From NCBI GenBank assembly GCA_963848135.1, contig CAWKCK010000018.1, positions 448,938 to 512,937 on the forward strand: a stretch of 64,000 bases of DNA, in the 5' to 3' direction. The notes below the pieces were generated by a model. That model saw only the letters and a program-made list of their open reading frames with translations, ran no database searches and was not told where the DNA came from. Each line of letters opens with the position of its first letter. Position 1 is the first letter of the stretch. Source of the stretch: an uncultured delta proteobacterium. GTDB lineage: Bacteria > Desulfobacterota > Desulfobacteria > Desulfobacterales > SG8-13. Positions 8,797-18,822 of this stretch are shown here, one piece after another. Made by a program: the position numbers and the translations under genes.

Positions 8797-11037
8797 TCAC
8801 TCGTCGGAGAAACGCAAAAGCAGTTTTTTCATGGGATGTTCCACCCGGGCGATTGCCACACAACATTTCGAACGGGCCGCGATCTGGGCGGCGAAGTAGC
8901 CCACCAAGGTCCGCTTCAGAAGCCCCGCCTTATTTGCGCCCTTGACTGCGCCAATGATCAGGAGATCAAACTCGCCTGATCGGTCCACCAGGAAATCCAG
9001 GGGTGTGTCCGAGCACTGCATCTCAACGCGGAACATGGCCCGGCCCTTGTGTAATGAAATGGCTGTGGCCAAGACACTGCTGGAATAGTTCTTCTGTTCC
9101 CTGGTGTAGTTTTCTGGCAGGATGTTCAAGAAGGTAATCTCCCCTCCGAACCTGTCGGCCAAGCCCCCGGCCAGTGTCACCATGAGGCGAAGGTTCAGGT
9201 GACTGGTTAAAGACACGGCGATTTTTTTCGGGGCAAAATCTCCGTGGCTTTTCAAAAGCACTACATCGGCCCGGGCTCGGTTGAGAACGGACTGGACAAA
9301 GGCCACGGACTCGGGGCTCTGGTCTTGGGGATACCCCATAACAATGAGGCCGCAACCTTCCTCCTCAGCCGCGTGAACGATCCCCTTGGAGATACTGCGA
9401 GAAACCCGCACAACAGGCCGGACCGGGACCTTGTGTTCTTCGCCCGAGGAGGCTGAAGCCTCCAGGAGTTCCACTGAAGCCTCTGATAAGGACAGGGCGG
9501 TGTGGAAGTCCATCTGGGAAGAGGCAGCTACCACAGTAAGCACCACTACTTCGGTGCTGCCGGCTTCCGGAATGAAGGCCTGGGCCATCGTGAACAGAGC
9601 GGCCTGGTTCCGCGGATTGGCCACGGGCACCAGGATGCGGTTCGAAAAATCCAGGACAGGCGGCTGGGTCTCGCTGAGGATTAGGCTCATGCCGCTCCGA
9701 GAGCGGATTTCCCGTTTGCGGGAATAAAAAAAGTACAGGAGACAACCGATCCCGGCGAGCTGAAGCCCGATCATGATGGAATATATATCCAGCGTTAAGA
9801 GGAGAATGACATTGGCCACCATTGCCGCGTAAGGGATTATTCTTTTGATCTTGCTGGCGGGACCGGACTCCCGGGTGGCTTTGTGAAGCCGGATAAGGGC
9901 TACGGATAGGGGAAGCATGGACACCAAAAAACAGAAATTGGCGGCCTTGACGATGATGGAAAGCTCACCTGGCAAAATGGCCAGGACCGTGGCCAGACCG
10001 CAGGCCAAGAGGGCTGCCCGCGGGGTGAGGCTGGACTGGTGAATACGGCCCAGCATCGTGGGTAAAAACCGGTCCTTGCCCATGGCGAAAATCTGCCGGG
10101 CCTGGGAGATGATGGTGGAGTTCAAGGCCGCTGCCGATGCCAAAACGCCCCCTACCACGATGAATATCCACCCGGTCTGGCCCATGCCCGCCTTGGCCAC
10201 CACGGCCAGGGGGGCCCGGGATTCTGCCAGTTCCTTCCAGGGTACGACCAGGACCGCCACAACGGCAATAGCCACGTAAAAACACAGGCTCACCACCATG
10301 GCCAGGAACATAGCCCGGGGCACGGTCTTTTTAGGATCTACGATTTCCTCCGCGTTGTTGGCGATCAACTGGTACCCGAAAAAGGACACGTAAATGAGAG
10401 ACACGGCTCCGCCCACACCGGACCAACCATTGGGAAGCATCGGGGCCATATTGGCGGTGTCCGCCTTGAAAAGCCCGGCTGTGATAAGTACTCCGAGAAC
10501 CAGAAGATTGCCCCAGGTGAACACAAACTGGACCTTGTTCCCGCCCTTGGCGCCGACTGAGTTCAAGATCGTGAATCCAGTCACGGCCCCCACTGCGATC
10601 AGTCTCGTTCCGTATTCGGGGAACCCCGCAGGAAAAACGCTTGTCAGGTAAAAAGCGAGTCCCGTAGCGTACATGGCGCAGGCCAGGATGCTTCCAAGCG
10701 CCAAGAGCCATCCTGTCATGAACGCGTATAAGCTATCCAAGGTTTTGTAGGCATATGCGTATCCCCCTCCCGTAATGGGCACACGGCGAGAGAGTTCCGC
10801 GAACATGGCCACGGAAAGCATGGATAAAAGTCCGCACACCAGGTAAGCCAGCCAAGCCCCAGGTCCGGCCTTTTCAGAGGCAAGGCCAATGAGCACATAA
10901 ATTCCGGCGCCCATGAGTGCGCCCACGCCCAAAGTGGTGGCCCCGAAAAGTCCCATGGTACGTGCGAACGCTTCCGGGACCAGCTTGCGCCGGAAAATCT
11001 GGCGGAGGTTATTGTTTTGTGGCCCCTGCAGCATCAC
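8797..11037 (-). CDS. APC-family amino acid permease fused to C-terminal universal stress protein domains
   Basis: GALMGAGIY, GGGYAY, FFGYQ..ANNAEE, ~12 TM segments, then RILVPVANP...IVMG USP-like repeats. Confidence 0.85.
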   Translation of the reverse strand: MMLQGPQNNNLRQIFRRKLVPEAFARTMGLFGATTLGVGALMGAGIYVLIGLASEKAGPGAWLAYLVCGLLSMLSVAMFAELSRRVPITGGGYAYAYKTLDSLYAFMTGWLLALGSILACAMYATGLAFYLTSVFPAGFPEYGTRLIAVGAVTGFTILNSVGAKGGNKVQFVFTWGNLLVLGVLITAGLFKADTANMAPMLPNGWSGVGGAVSLIYVSFFGYQLIANNAEEIVDPKKTVPRAMFLAMVVSLCFYVAIAVVAVLVVPWKELAESRAPLAVVAKAGMGQTGWIFIVVGGVLASAAALNSTIISQARQIFAMGKDRFLPTMLGRIHQSSLTPRAALLACGLATVLAILPGELSIIVKAANFCFLVSMLPLSVALIRLHKATRESGPASKIKRIIPYAAMVANVILLLTLDIYSIMIGLQLAGIGCLLYFFYSRKREIRSRSGMSLILSETQPPVLDFSNRILVPVANPRNQAALFTMAQAFIPEAGSTEVVVLTVVAASSQMDFHTALSLSEASVELLEASASSGEEHKVPVRPVVRVSRSISKGIVHAAEEEGCGLIVMGYPQDQSPESVAFVQSVLNRARADVVLLKSHGDFAPKKIAVSLTSHLNLRLMVTLAGGLADRFGGEITFLNILPENYTREQKNYSSSVLATAISLHKGRAMFRVEMQCSDTPLDFLVDRSGEFDLLIIGAVKGANKAGLLKRTLVGYFAAQIAARSKCCVAIARVEHPMKKLLLRFSDE

Positions 11038-11097
11038 AATCCCCTAAGTCATAGGTAATACACCGGTTCTGCCGGTGAGAATTGAAAAGGCTCTGCT

Positions 11098-11322
11098 TTA
11101 AAAAACGAGAGAGTGATAGACGGTCCTCCCAGAGGAAGGTCCCGAATGGCAAGGAGGACAGTCATGAAGGATTGGCGTAGTCAACACTGTTGAATATTTG
11201 CGTTCGCCTTCTGTGGAAAGTTGAGAAAGTGAATTCTCTTTAGACTTTGATAGGTTATGGCCGCACCCGTTACAAAAATTGAAATCGTCAGGAATTTCGA
11301 GTTGGCATTTTGGGCATTTCAT
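11098..11322 (-). pseudogene. Zinc-ribbon N-terminal fragment of an adenylate/guanylate cyclase-like protein
   Basis: MKCPKCQ...FCNGCG followed by EGERK..TVL (start of a class III cyclase domain), then abrupt loss of similarity. Confidence 0.65.
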
Positions 11323-11582
11323 TTACGCCCCCTAGTTATGCGGCAGATACGGTTCGTTTGAAATAATAATGTGAAGGAGAGTTTGTATTTTTATATTACG
11401 AACGCGAATTTATGTCAATTTTGGGCAACTGGGGGAGATACAGACTACTTGCCAGTCATTGAAAATAAGGCTAATTCCAAGCACCGCTATATCTTGTGGT
11501 CAGACGAAATTTCAGGTGGGTGGTGATTACACGTCAGGCAATGAATATATCTGAAAAATCGGCTGGATAATGATTTATTGAG

Positions 11583-11633
11583 ACTATATGGATATTATTG
11601 GGGAGGTCAATAATCAGGACAGCTTGCCATTAT
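11583..11633 (-). promoter_or_regulatory. Conserved 51-bp element containing a sigma70-like promoter (copy 2)
   Basis: Minus strand TTGACC-16 bp-TATAGT; 44/51 identical to 1330..1380. Confidence 0.55.
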
Positions 11634-11794
11634 ATGGAATAGGGAAAAACTATATGTATGATATGGAGTTTAGGGAGTTTAGGGACATCCTGTATTCCCC
11701 CTGTCAAGCTTTTACTTTTTTATATTGATTACAACTTGTTATAATATTTGTAATCAAATGGACGCACTTATCTTCTACGTTTTTGGTTAAGGAA

Positions 11795-11977
11795 TTCGGC
11801 GGATAAACTCGCTTGTAAATGAGCCCTGACTTGATCGTTACTTTTATACGGCATATCCCTGACAGAGAGGGATCACCCATCATCCCTTGTCAAAGTTTGG
11901 GGCTCAGCGAGAGGCCCTTAATTGTCCCTCCAGAGGTCTCAAAGCCTCAACGTCCATTCTCGGGCTCTCTCGCCGAA
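11795..11977 (-). ncRNA. Putative IS110 bridge/seek RNA (copy 1)
   Basis: Mirror of 21341..21523. Confidence 0.7.
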
Positions 11978-11993
11978 GTCTGTTCGATTCAAG

Positions 11994-13277
11994 CTATATC
12001 TTCAGATATGACGGGCTGAACGGTTCCTTTTTCTTCATCAAGGTCCAGGCGATCACCAAAAATTTTGACGCCAACTTGACACGCATTTTGGTGCGAATAC
12101 CTTTTTCTTTTTCTCTGCCTTTCAGGATGCTGTGATAATAAGCTCTGAACTGCCTGGTCAAGCTCGAGGCCACCAAAGCTGCCTGGTAAAGAGCGTAACG
12201 CAAATCGCCTTTGCCTTTCTTGCTGATTACCGGCACGGCGCTGCGGCTTCTTTTACCGCTGCGCGAAGCATTCAGGTCAAAGCCTGCCAGTCGTTTGAGC
12301 TGCTGGATGTTTTCAAAACGGTGCGGGTTGCCGATCGCAGCCAGCACGACCGCCGACACATACGGCCCGAATCCTGGAATTGTCTGCAGGTGAGCATACT
12401 CCTCGCAGCTGCCGCTAATCTTTTCGATTTCCTTCTCGACTTTTTCGATCTGCTCTTTGGTGCTTTTGATATTCTCGGTAAGGACTTTTGCTTCAAGTTG
12501 CATCGCAGTGCCGGGGCGACAGCCGATCGACTCGCCGGCCATCTCCCAAACTGTGCGTAGACGACGACGTTGACGGATGCCTCGGCAGCGCTTTGTTACC
12601 CGATTAAAAAAGTCTTCAAATTCCAAAGATCTGATTTTCTCGGGAGACAAAAACCAGCGCACTATGGCCAGGTTCTCGTCTTCAGCCTGATTCCACGATT
12701 TGTCGAGCTCCGGAAAGTACTGTGCCACAAGATTGTTGCGGATGCGCACCCGGCAGCTGTGAAGCTGCTTCTTTAAACGCTTTCGCAACAACAGCAGACT
12801 GCGCAGTTCACGGATCGGCATGCCGGGCAGATCATAATAGTTGCATTTTCCCTGGCTGATAAGATCGGCCACATTGGCTGCATCTTTGGTGTCGTTTTTG
12901 TCCCAGCGCCCATCGAGCAATGTCCGGTTTTTCTTTATGGCCTCATTGGTGACATACACGACCATGTGACCGTGCTCGATGAGCTTCTCGGCCAGAGGTT
13001 TATGATATACACTGGTTGGTTCAACACCGAAAACGACCTCTCTGAAACCGTCGCGGTCCATGTAAAACTGCACACGGGTTAGAAGCTTCTCCAGCCCTTG
13101 CCGTGAATTTTCAAAGATCAAGCCTTTCAAAACGGTTTTACCGTTTGCGGTTCCCAGGAAAGCGTGATGCGTACTCTTGGCGATATCGATTCCTACGATC
13201 AAATGACGATCCGAACCCCGAATCTCCTGCTTGAGTTGACGGAACCCCTCGATCCTGCTAAGGTCAGAGTCGTTCAT
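11994..13277 (-). CDS. IS110 family recombinase/transposase
   Basis: DEDD RuvC-like motifs VGIDIAK, VEPTS, KNDTKDA; C-terminal IPGFGP and SRSGK...ISKKG...LRYALY. Confidence 0.95.
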   Translation of the reverse strand: MNDSDLSRIEGFRQLKQEIRGSDRHLIVGIDIAKSTHHAFLGTANGKTVLKGLIFENSRQGLEKLLTRVQFYMDRDGFREVVFGVEPTSVYHKPLAEKLIEHGHMVVYVTNEAIKKNRTLLDGRWDKNDTKDAANVADLISQGKCNYYDLPGMPIRELRSLLLLRKRLKKQLHSCRVRIRNNLVAQYFPELDKSWNQAEDENLAIVRWFLSPEKIRSLEFEDFFNRVTKRCRGIRQRRRLRTVWEMAGESIGCRPGTAMQLEAKVLTENIKSTKEQIEKVEKEIEKISGSCEEYAHLQTIPGFGPYVSAVVLAAIGNPHRFENIQQLKRLAGFDLNASRSGKRSRSAVPVISKKGKGDLRYALYQAALVASSLTRQFRAYYHSILKGREKEKGIRTKMRVKLASKFLVIAWTLMKKKEPFSPSYLKI

Positions 13278-13411
13278 GATAACCTCCTTTTAGCTGTGGG
13301 TTTAGGTTTTGGGTGCCCTTATGCTATCAGGAGGTTATTTTTTTACAAGGCGATAATTACTTTCTTTTTTACTACTCTTGGAAGTATATTCTATAGTTAT
13401 TTCAATATATA

Positions 13412-13579
13412 ACGCCCATAAAATTATAATTTTCTATTCCTTTCTAAGCTTTAATTGCTCACTACTGGCAATCTTATCACCACGCCTGACTGAAATACTG
13501 ACCGAGGGCTTTGAGATGCCAAGGCCGAGCAACTTTAGCTTGTAGAAAATTAGGAGGTTATTACGTTATTGGTGTCCCC
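13412..13579. mobile_element. Non-autonomous RAYT-derived mini element made of two opposed 3' ends
   Basis: Minus strand encodes LGISKPSVSISVRRGDKIASSEQLKLRKE* (cf. C-terminus of 18845..19852); plus strand from ~13518 reads AKAEQL*LVEN* then TATTGGTGTCCCC. Confidence 0.65.
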
Positions 13580-13650
13580 AATAACATTAATTTCGAACCA
13601 TTTTTTTTTTACTTTACCATCCACGACCATTCACTACTGAGGGATGAGTC

Positions 13651-16600
13651 TCATTGAAGAAGCAGAAACAAGATTCCAGGATTAATTTTAGACGCACTAT
13701 CAACGAATAATTCGACATTCTTTCCCGTCATACTAGCCGAAATACCGAATGCGCCGATGGCTGCCTCTGGCTCACCTTTATCCAATGCTCGGTCTGCGTC
13801 AATATCCATGAATGCCGCTACGTAGTAATGATTCCGGGCGGGAACATTGGCAATGCTGTATGCCCAGGGACCGGAGCCTAAGGGAGTGAGGATAGTGGTT
13901 TTAGCCAGAGCAGTAATCAGTCCTGAGCTATCATATACGGCAACGTAGATCTGCTGTCGTTCAGCTCCAGCGTAGGAGACATTGCCGGAAACCATATACC
14001 GCCTTGTATCAGTGGCATGATTATAGTTCGATCCGCCGGGATCATCTACTTCGGTCGGCCGCGTATCGAAACCATCCGCATAACCGTCATTGTCATCATC
14101 GGTGTCGGCATTGTTGCCAATCCCGTCGGAGTCGGTGTCAAACCACTCGGTTGCATCCCTCGGAAAGGCATCGTTCTCATCTAAAACCGTATCGTTGTCA
14201 TCATCGGTGTCGGCAATATCCCCAATGCCATCTGAATCTGTATCCAACCATTCATTGATGTCATTGGGGAAGGCGTCCTCGACATCGGCAACGCCATCAC
14301 CATCGCTGTCGGCTCTGATGGTGAAGTGGGGCATGCTGGAATAGAAGATTTGATGTATGGAGCAGTTATCGACATCTTGATCTGGGGCCTGCTCTCTGTA
14401 GGAATATATTCTGTAACTATAGGTATGGTTTACTTTAAGGACACCAGGGGCAAACGTGTAGGTACTGTCCGCCAGATAATCACTCCACTGTATCGGGTTG
14501 TTCCAGCCGTCGTTTAACCTGATGCGGTAGCGGGATGCCCCCGGCACATCATTCCAATCCACTGTTGGAGTGGTGCTTATGCGGATTGAATCTGCTGCGG
14601 GTGTGACATTGGCCGGCAGTGGCAGGTCACTTACTGAGAGATCGTCATGGACAAAGTGGGTATTGCTATCAAAATCGGTGACGATAAAGGTGTATATCCC
14701 TGCTTGAATGGCGGAAGAGTCACTGTAAACTTCAAAATCCTCATATATCGCTTCAGTCGAGCTTATATGCCGATCGTATCGCAGATAACGGTTTGTTGTA
14801 CCGTCCGGATAGACAACTTTTACGGACTGTATATTGGATGGCACACCGTCTGGATCCGAAACTTTAACCTCAAAGGCCAACCAGTAACTCGAACTTGAAG
14901 TATGCGGCATAACCGTATGAGCCACATAGGCACCCAAATTATCAAGATCGAGTGTGGGACTGGATGAACCGCCTGTAAGGGAAGTTGTTAAAAACTCAGG
15001 GCTTTGATCATGCGCCCAGGGGCTTGAGGACCCATGGTCCACATTCTGATCGAAAAACTCCCGGTGGGTTTTTACTCTATAACGGTAGAGGGTTTTCTCT
15101 TTCAGAAAGCCTTGGGCAAGCTGATAGGTGCTTTGAGTGGTGGGAAATGCATACAACCGGTTTCCGTCCGTATCGTATATTTCGAGGCGGTAGAAAGCAG
15201 CCCCGGAAACATCCTCCCAATCGAAATTCAAACCGGTGCTATTGACCAGCGTGTTGTGAACCGGTGTCAGCGTCGATGAATCCGGATATCCAATTGGGTT
15301 AAATGTCAATATTTCATCAACCGAATAACTGTTGCCAGACAGGTCCTCAACGACAAATGTGTAGGTTCCGTTTTGAATTGACACCGGATAACTTTCTCTC
15401 GAATACGCCCCTCCTGTTGGTGTATTTGAGGTGTATCCAGGATAGTAGTAGAGAAATTCTTCACCTCCGCCGGGATAGATCACTTTAACCGATTTGATGT
15501 CCCCCGGTACACCTTGAGCGTCATGAACTATAATCCAGAATGACAAACCGGTACCCATAAGTTCGCTATTCCAAACCTGTACACCGGCACTATCGAGTTC
15601 GATAAAGGGCGCCGCCGCCTCTGTCGATCCGGTGTAAAACCGATAGGATTGGCTGGTCGAGGCCGGCGATTTGGATCGATTGTCTATTTCTAAAGGATCA
15701 TGGGCATCCCGCGCTTCGACTCGAAACCGGTAATAAGTATTCGGCTCAAGAACCCCCGGAGGTACCCGGCAGGAAGTCACATTTCCGACATTGCCGTTCC
15801 AGATAGTCCTATTGTTGTCGTGACTAAATATTCTAACTTTATAGCGGTTCGCGCCGGGAATCGTATCCCAGGTAAAGGTAGGCGTAGTCGTGGTCACCAA
15901 ATTCATCCTGGCCACCAGCGACATGTAGGGCATTTTAGGTGGTGTAAAGGTGCCGGTAGGCGTATATTCGGCCGTATTCCCGTCGGCGTCAAAAGTCAGT
16001 TTTGTACCGTCCCATGTTATGGAAACCGTGACCGTTTGCCCCAGGCTCACAGACATTAGTTGTCCGCCGTCAAGGTGATCCCAGTGATAGGTTTCCTGTG
16101 CGTTGATGTTGTCTAGAGATACGCTGTAGGTGATCCTGTCATCTCTAACGTATATATTTGCGCTGATATCACCCGCACCGTTGTTGAGGAATGTGCCGGA
16201 AATTCTACCTCCGGCACTGCTATCCATGCTGATGCTCGGGACCGAAATATCCGCCCGCAGCGAATAAATACTGGCTGGATCCTTAAATGCTAGTCCACCG
16301 TTGCCGCGGCCGATTGTGTCGTTTATCGTAACCGACAGTTTTTGGCCCTGAATGGAGGCGTTTTCATACCACGGCTCCCACTTTTTAAGGTCGAGATCTG
16401 CAATGGAAGTATAGGAATTGAAGTCTTCATATAGGGATCCATTGACCCATACATTATCGAATGTGGCGGTGATGCTTTCAACTGTCGGATTTTTAAGGCT
16501 GGGGGTCAATGACTCCTCGTCCGGGACCGCCAGCGGATTTACGACAAGGGTGTCCACGTGTGTTCCGGTATTGCCTTCGGGATCGGTTACTGTGAAAGTG

Positions 16601-18786
16601 TAATCTCCCGCCTGAGGAGAGCCCGCCTGCCAAAAATCATATTCACCGGCAGTTGGGCTCACCGCATTACTATGCCCTAACTGTTTGGTGGTCGTCCCAT
16701 CCGGAAAGATCACTTCTACCTCATGACTGTTTCCGTTATAGGCGACACCATCGTGATCGACAACCCGGATGAACAATGACAAATTGCTCCCATCGGCATC
16801 CGAATCCGTTACGGCACCCCATTGCACGGAGTCAATGGCCGGTTTGGCACTGTGAGGCGCTAAACTCCCCGCCATCGTAAAGGTCAGCCAAGCGCTGTTT
16901 GAACGGTTGTCTTCGTCTACCCAATCGGCGTTATCACCCACTCTGACATACCACTCGTAGGTCTGTCCGGGTAGTAAAATTCCGGCGGGAACTGTGCAGG
17001 AAAGCAAATTTTGTTCCCTTGCTGTCCAAAAAACATTTTCCCCCAACGAGTTTTTGATCCACATTCTGTAAAATAAGGGCCCATCGGTGTAGTCTACCGC
17101 CGCCCAACTGAAAGTAGGCGTCTTAGAGGTCAGGATAGCTCCATTAGCGGGAGAAAAGGTGGCGGAATCCGGAATCGGAAGGGTGAGGTTGACATGCTGG
17201 ATATTTGTATCCGTGGCAATGGCCGAATCGCTGCTGACAACAGTGACAGAATAGGTACCGATTTCAGGAGAACCCGGTACTCTGAGAATGAACTCCCTGA
17301 AATCCGAAAGATAGTCGAAATCGACCTTAGTATAGGGCAGTACCCCACTGGGTCCCGTGATGGTGATTTGCGTTATATCATCGGGTAAGGTGCCGTAAAA
17401 ATCAGTGCCAATCTCCACTTCAAATTGGGTTTTTACACTCTGATCGAACTCTCGCCTGTTTTTTTCTACAAAGGTAATCGTAAAACTATGGTTTAAAACA
17501 AAGTCGGTTTCCGGTAAATTCTGGCCGGATAGAACCGTAAGTGGCATTGCATAATTACAGTCGCCTGTGCCGGCGCCTCCGTCCCACCATTGGTCCATAT
17601 AATTGCGCGGCACATTAACATTAGCATCGGCTTTAAGGAAAACCTTACCGGGCGTCAAACCTGATATTGTAAAATTTCCGCTTGCATCGGTGTTACCTGC
17701 GCCAATCCAGTTATTCCAACAACGATCAGAATAGGCGACCACCACCACACTTGCCAGGGATTGGCTATCGCTTCCGGTGACCGTGCCGGAGATAGAACCT
17801 GCCAGATCGAGCGAGAAATCAATATTGGCGGTCGTCTGACTCTGAACTATATCTACCTGGGCGGCTGACGACCAGTAAGTTGTATCGCTATAATACTCCT
17901 GCGCATAATTGCCCTGCGGGTCCGAAACCACAACCCTGTGACCTCCAGCCGGAACACCGGTTATGGAGTAAAATCCGTTAGCCAGAGTGTACTCCCGGCC
18001 AACCTGATAGTCCGTAGAATAATCTTTAACCTCAACACGTATACCCTCTATTGGATTACTTGAAACCGAATCAGTAACAAGGCCTGTTATGGTCCCACCA
18101 AGCTCCAGACTGAAATTTATGCCTGAGATTGTCTGACCCTCGGTCACATCGATTTTGGTGGCCAGGTTTGCGGCATAGGTGCCGTTGTAATATTCATCAA
18201 CATAGTTCGTTCCTGAGCAATCCACCCATATGCGGTAACTGCCCGGTGCCAAGCCGGTAACCGAATAATCGCCAACGGAATCCGTCTGATCCTCGCTTAC
18301 GCAAAATCCAGAAGTAAATTCACATGCATACACTCTAATATTTTCAACAGGATTATCAGTGGCTGTATCTTTAATATTCCCGGAAATTGATGCACCGGCG
18401 CCTATGCTAAAGTTAATATTGGAGGTGGTCTCGCCTTGAGTTACTGCAACAAGTGAAGCTGAATCGTAGCTGAATTCGTTATTATAATATTCGTATGCGT
18501 GGATGGTGCCACTGGTATAAACAAGAACTTTATAACTCCCGGTGGATAGCCCCGAATAACTGTAGTCGCCACTAGCATCCGTTGCCACAGAGCCGACCCA
18601 TGACCCCGAAACGTAATCACGAATTTGAACGCTTAATCCGCTAATCGGCATTGCCGTAACCGAACTGGTCACATTCCCGGAAATGGTGCCCGCAATGGCT
18701 GCCACCGGAACAACGAGGGCAAGAATTAGGAATACTGATAAAAAGTTAAATATTCGAGGCATTGGATGATATAAAGTCATTTTCAT
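13651..18786 (-). CDS. Large secreted/surface protein with carboxypeptidase-regulatory-like beta repeats, FN3-like repeats and thrombospondin type-3 repeats
   Basis: 1711 aa; signal peptide; repeated G.ISG.V...TD..G.Y...GL..G.Y units; PTF.W..V.GA..YR repeats; DSDGDG..D..DAFP.D..EW.DTDSDGIG repeats. Confidence 0.8.
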   Translation of the reverse strand: MKMTLYHPMPRIFNFLSVFLILALVVPVAAIAGTISGNVTSSVTAMPISGLSVQIRDYVSGSWVGSVATDASGDYSYSGLSTGSYKVLVYTSGTIHAYEYYNNEFSYDSASLVAVTQGETTSNINFSIGAGASISGNIKDTATDNPVENIRVYACEFTSGFCVSEDQTDSVGDYSVTGLAPGSYRIWVDCSGTNYVDEYYNGTYAANLATKIDVTEGQTISGINFSLELGGTITGLVTDSVSSNPIEGIRVEVKDYSTDYQVGREYTLANGFYSITGVPAGGHRVVVSDPQGNYAQEYYSDTTYWSSAAQVDIVQSQTTANIDFSLDLAGSISGTVTGSDSQSLASVVVVAYSDRCWNNWIGAGNTDASGNFTISGLTPGKVFLKADANVNVPRNYMDQWWDGGAGTGDCNYAMPLTVLSGQNLPETDFVLNHSFTITFVEKNRREFDQSVKTQFEVEIGTDFYGTLPDDITQITITGPSGVLPYTKVDFDYLSDFREFILRVPGSPEIGTYSVTVVSSDSAIATDTNIQHVNLTLPIPDSATFSPANGAILTSKTPTFSWAAVDYTDGPLFYRMWIKNSLGENVFWTAREQNLLSCTVPAGILLPGQTYEWYVRVGDNADWVDEDNRSNSAWLTFTMAGSLAPHSAKPAIDSVQWGAVTDSDADGSNLSLFIRVVDHDGVAYNGNSHEVEVIFPDGTTTKQLGHSNAVSPTAGEYDFWQAGSPQAGDYTFTVTDPEGNTGTHVDTLVVNPLAVPDEESLTPSLKNPTVESITATFDNVWVNGSLYEDFNSYTSIADLDLKKWEPWYENASIQGQKLSVTINDTIGRGNGGLAFKDPASIYSLRADISVPSISMDSSAGGRISGTFLNNGAGDISANIYVRDDRITYSVSLDNINAQETYHWDHLDGGQLMSVSLGQTVTVSITWDGTKLTFDADGNTAEYTPTGTFTPPKMPYMSLVARMNLVTTTTPTFTWDTIPGANRYKVRIFSHDNNRTIWNGNVGNVTSCRVPPGVLEPNTYYRFRVEARDAHDPLEIDNRSKSPASTSQSYRFYTGSTEAAAPFIELDSAGVQVWNSELMGTGLSFWIIVHDAQGVPGDIKSVKVIYPGGGEEFLYYYPGYTSNTPTGGAYSRESYPVSIQNGTYTFVVEDLSGNSYSVDEILTFNPIGYPDSSTLTPVHNTLVNSTGLNFDWEDVSGAAFYRLEIYDTDGNRLYAFPTTQSTYQLAQGFLKEKTLYRYRVKTHREFFDQNVDHGSSSPWAHDQSPEFLTTSLTGGSSSPTLDLDNLGAYVAHTVMPHTSSSSYWLAFEVKVSDPDGVPSNIQSVKVVYPDGTTNRYLRYDRHISSTEAIYEDFEVYSDSSAIQAGIYTFIVTDFDSNTHFVHDDLSVSDLPLPANVTPAADSIRISTTPTVDWNDVPGASRYRIRLNDGWNNPIQWSDYLADSTYTFAPGVLKVNHTYSYRIYSYREQAPDQDVDNCSIHQIFYSSMPHFTIRADSDGDGVADVEDAFPNDINEWLDTDSDGIGDIADTDDDNDTVLDENDAFPRDATEWFDTDSDGIGNNADTDDDNDGYADGFDTRPTEVDDPGGSNYNHATDTRRYMVSGNVSYAGAERQQIYVAVYDSSGLITALAKTTILTPLGSGPWAYSIANVPARNHYYVAAFMDIDADRALDKGEPEAAIGAFGISASMTGKNVELFVDSASKINPGILFLLLQ

Positions 18787-18822
18787 ATCCTCATTGCATA
18801 AATAGTTTAGGAGAGTTTCAGT

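Larger units (their letters stand above)
11685..13411 (-). mobile_element. IS110 family element, copy 1 (1727 bp)
   Basis: Reverse complement of 19907..21633; ends set from the shared GT core and the reconstructed target; no long target-site duplication. Confidence 0.92.

Noticed and set aside
14050..14310. Repetitive DNA that could be mistaken for a CRISPR or tandem array
   Set aside because: It is the coding thrombospondin type-3 repeat region of the large protein. No CRISPR array or cas gene was seen anywhere in the window.
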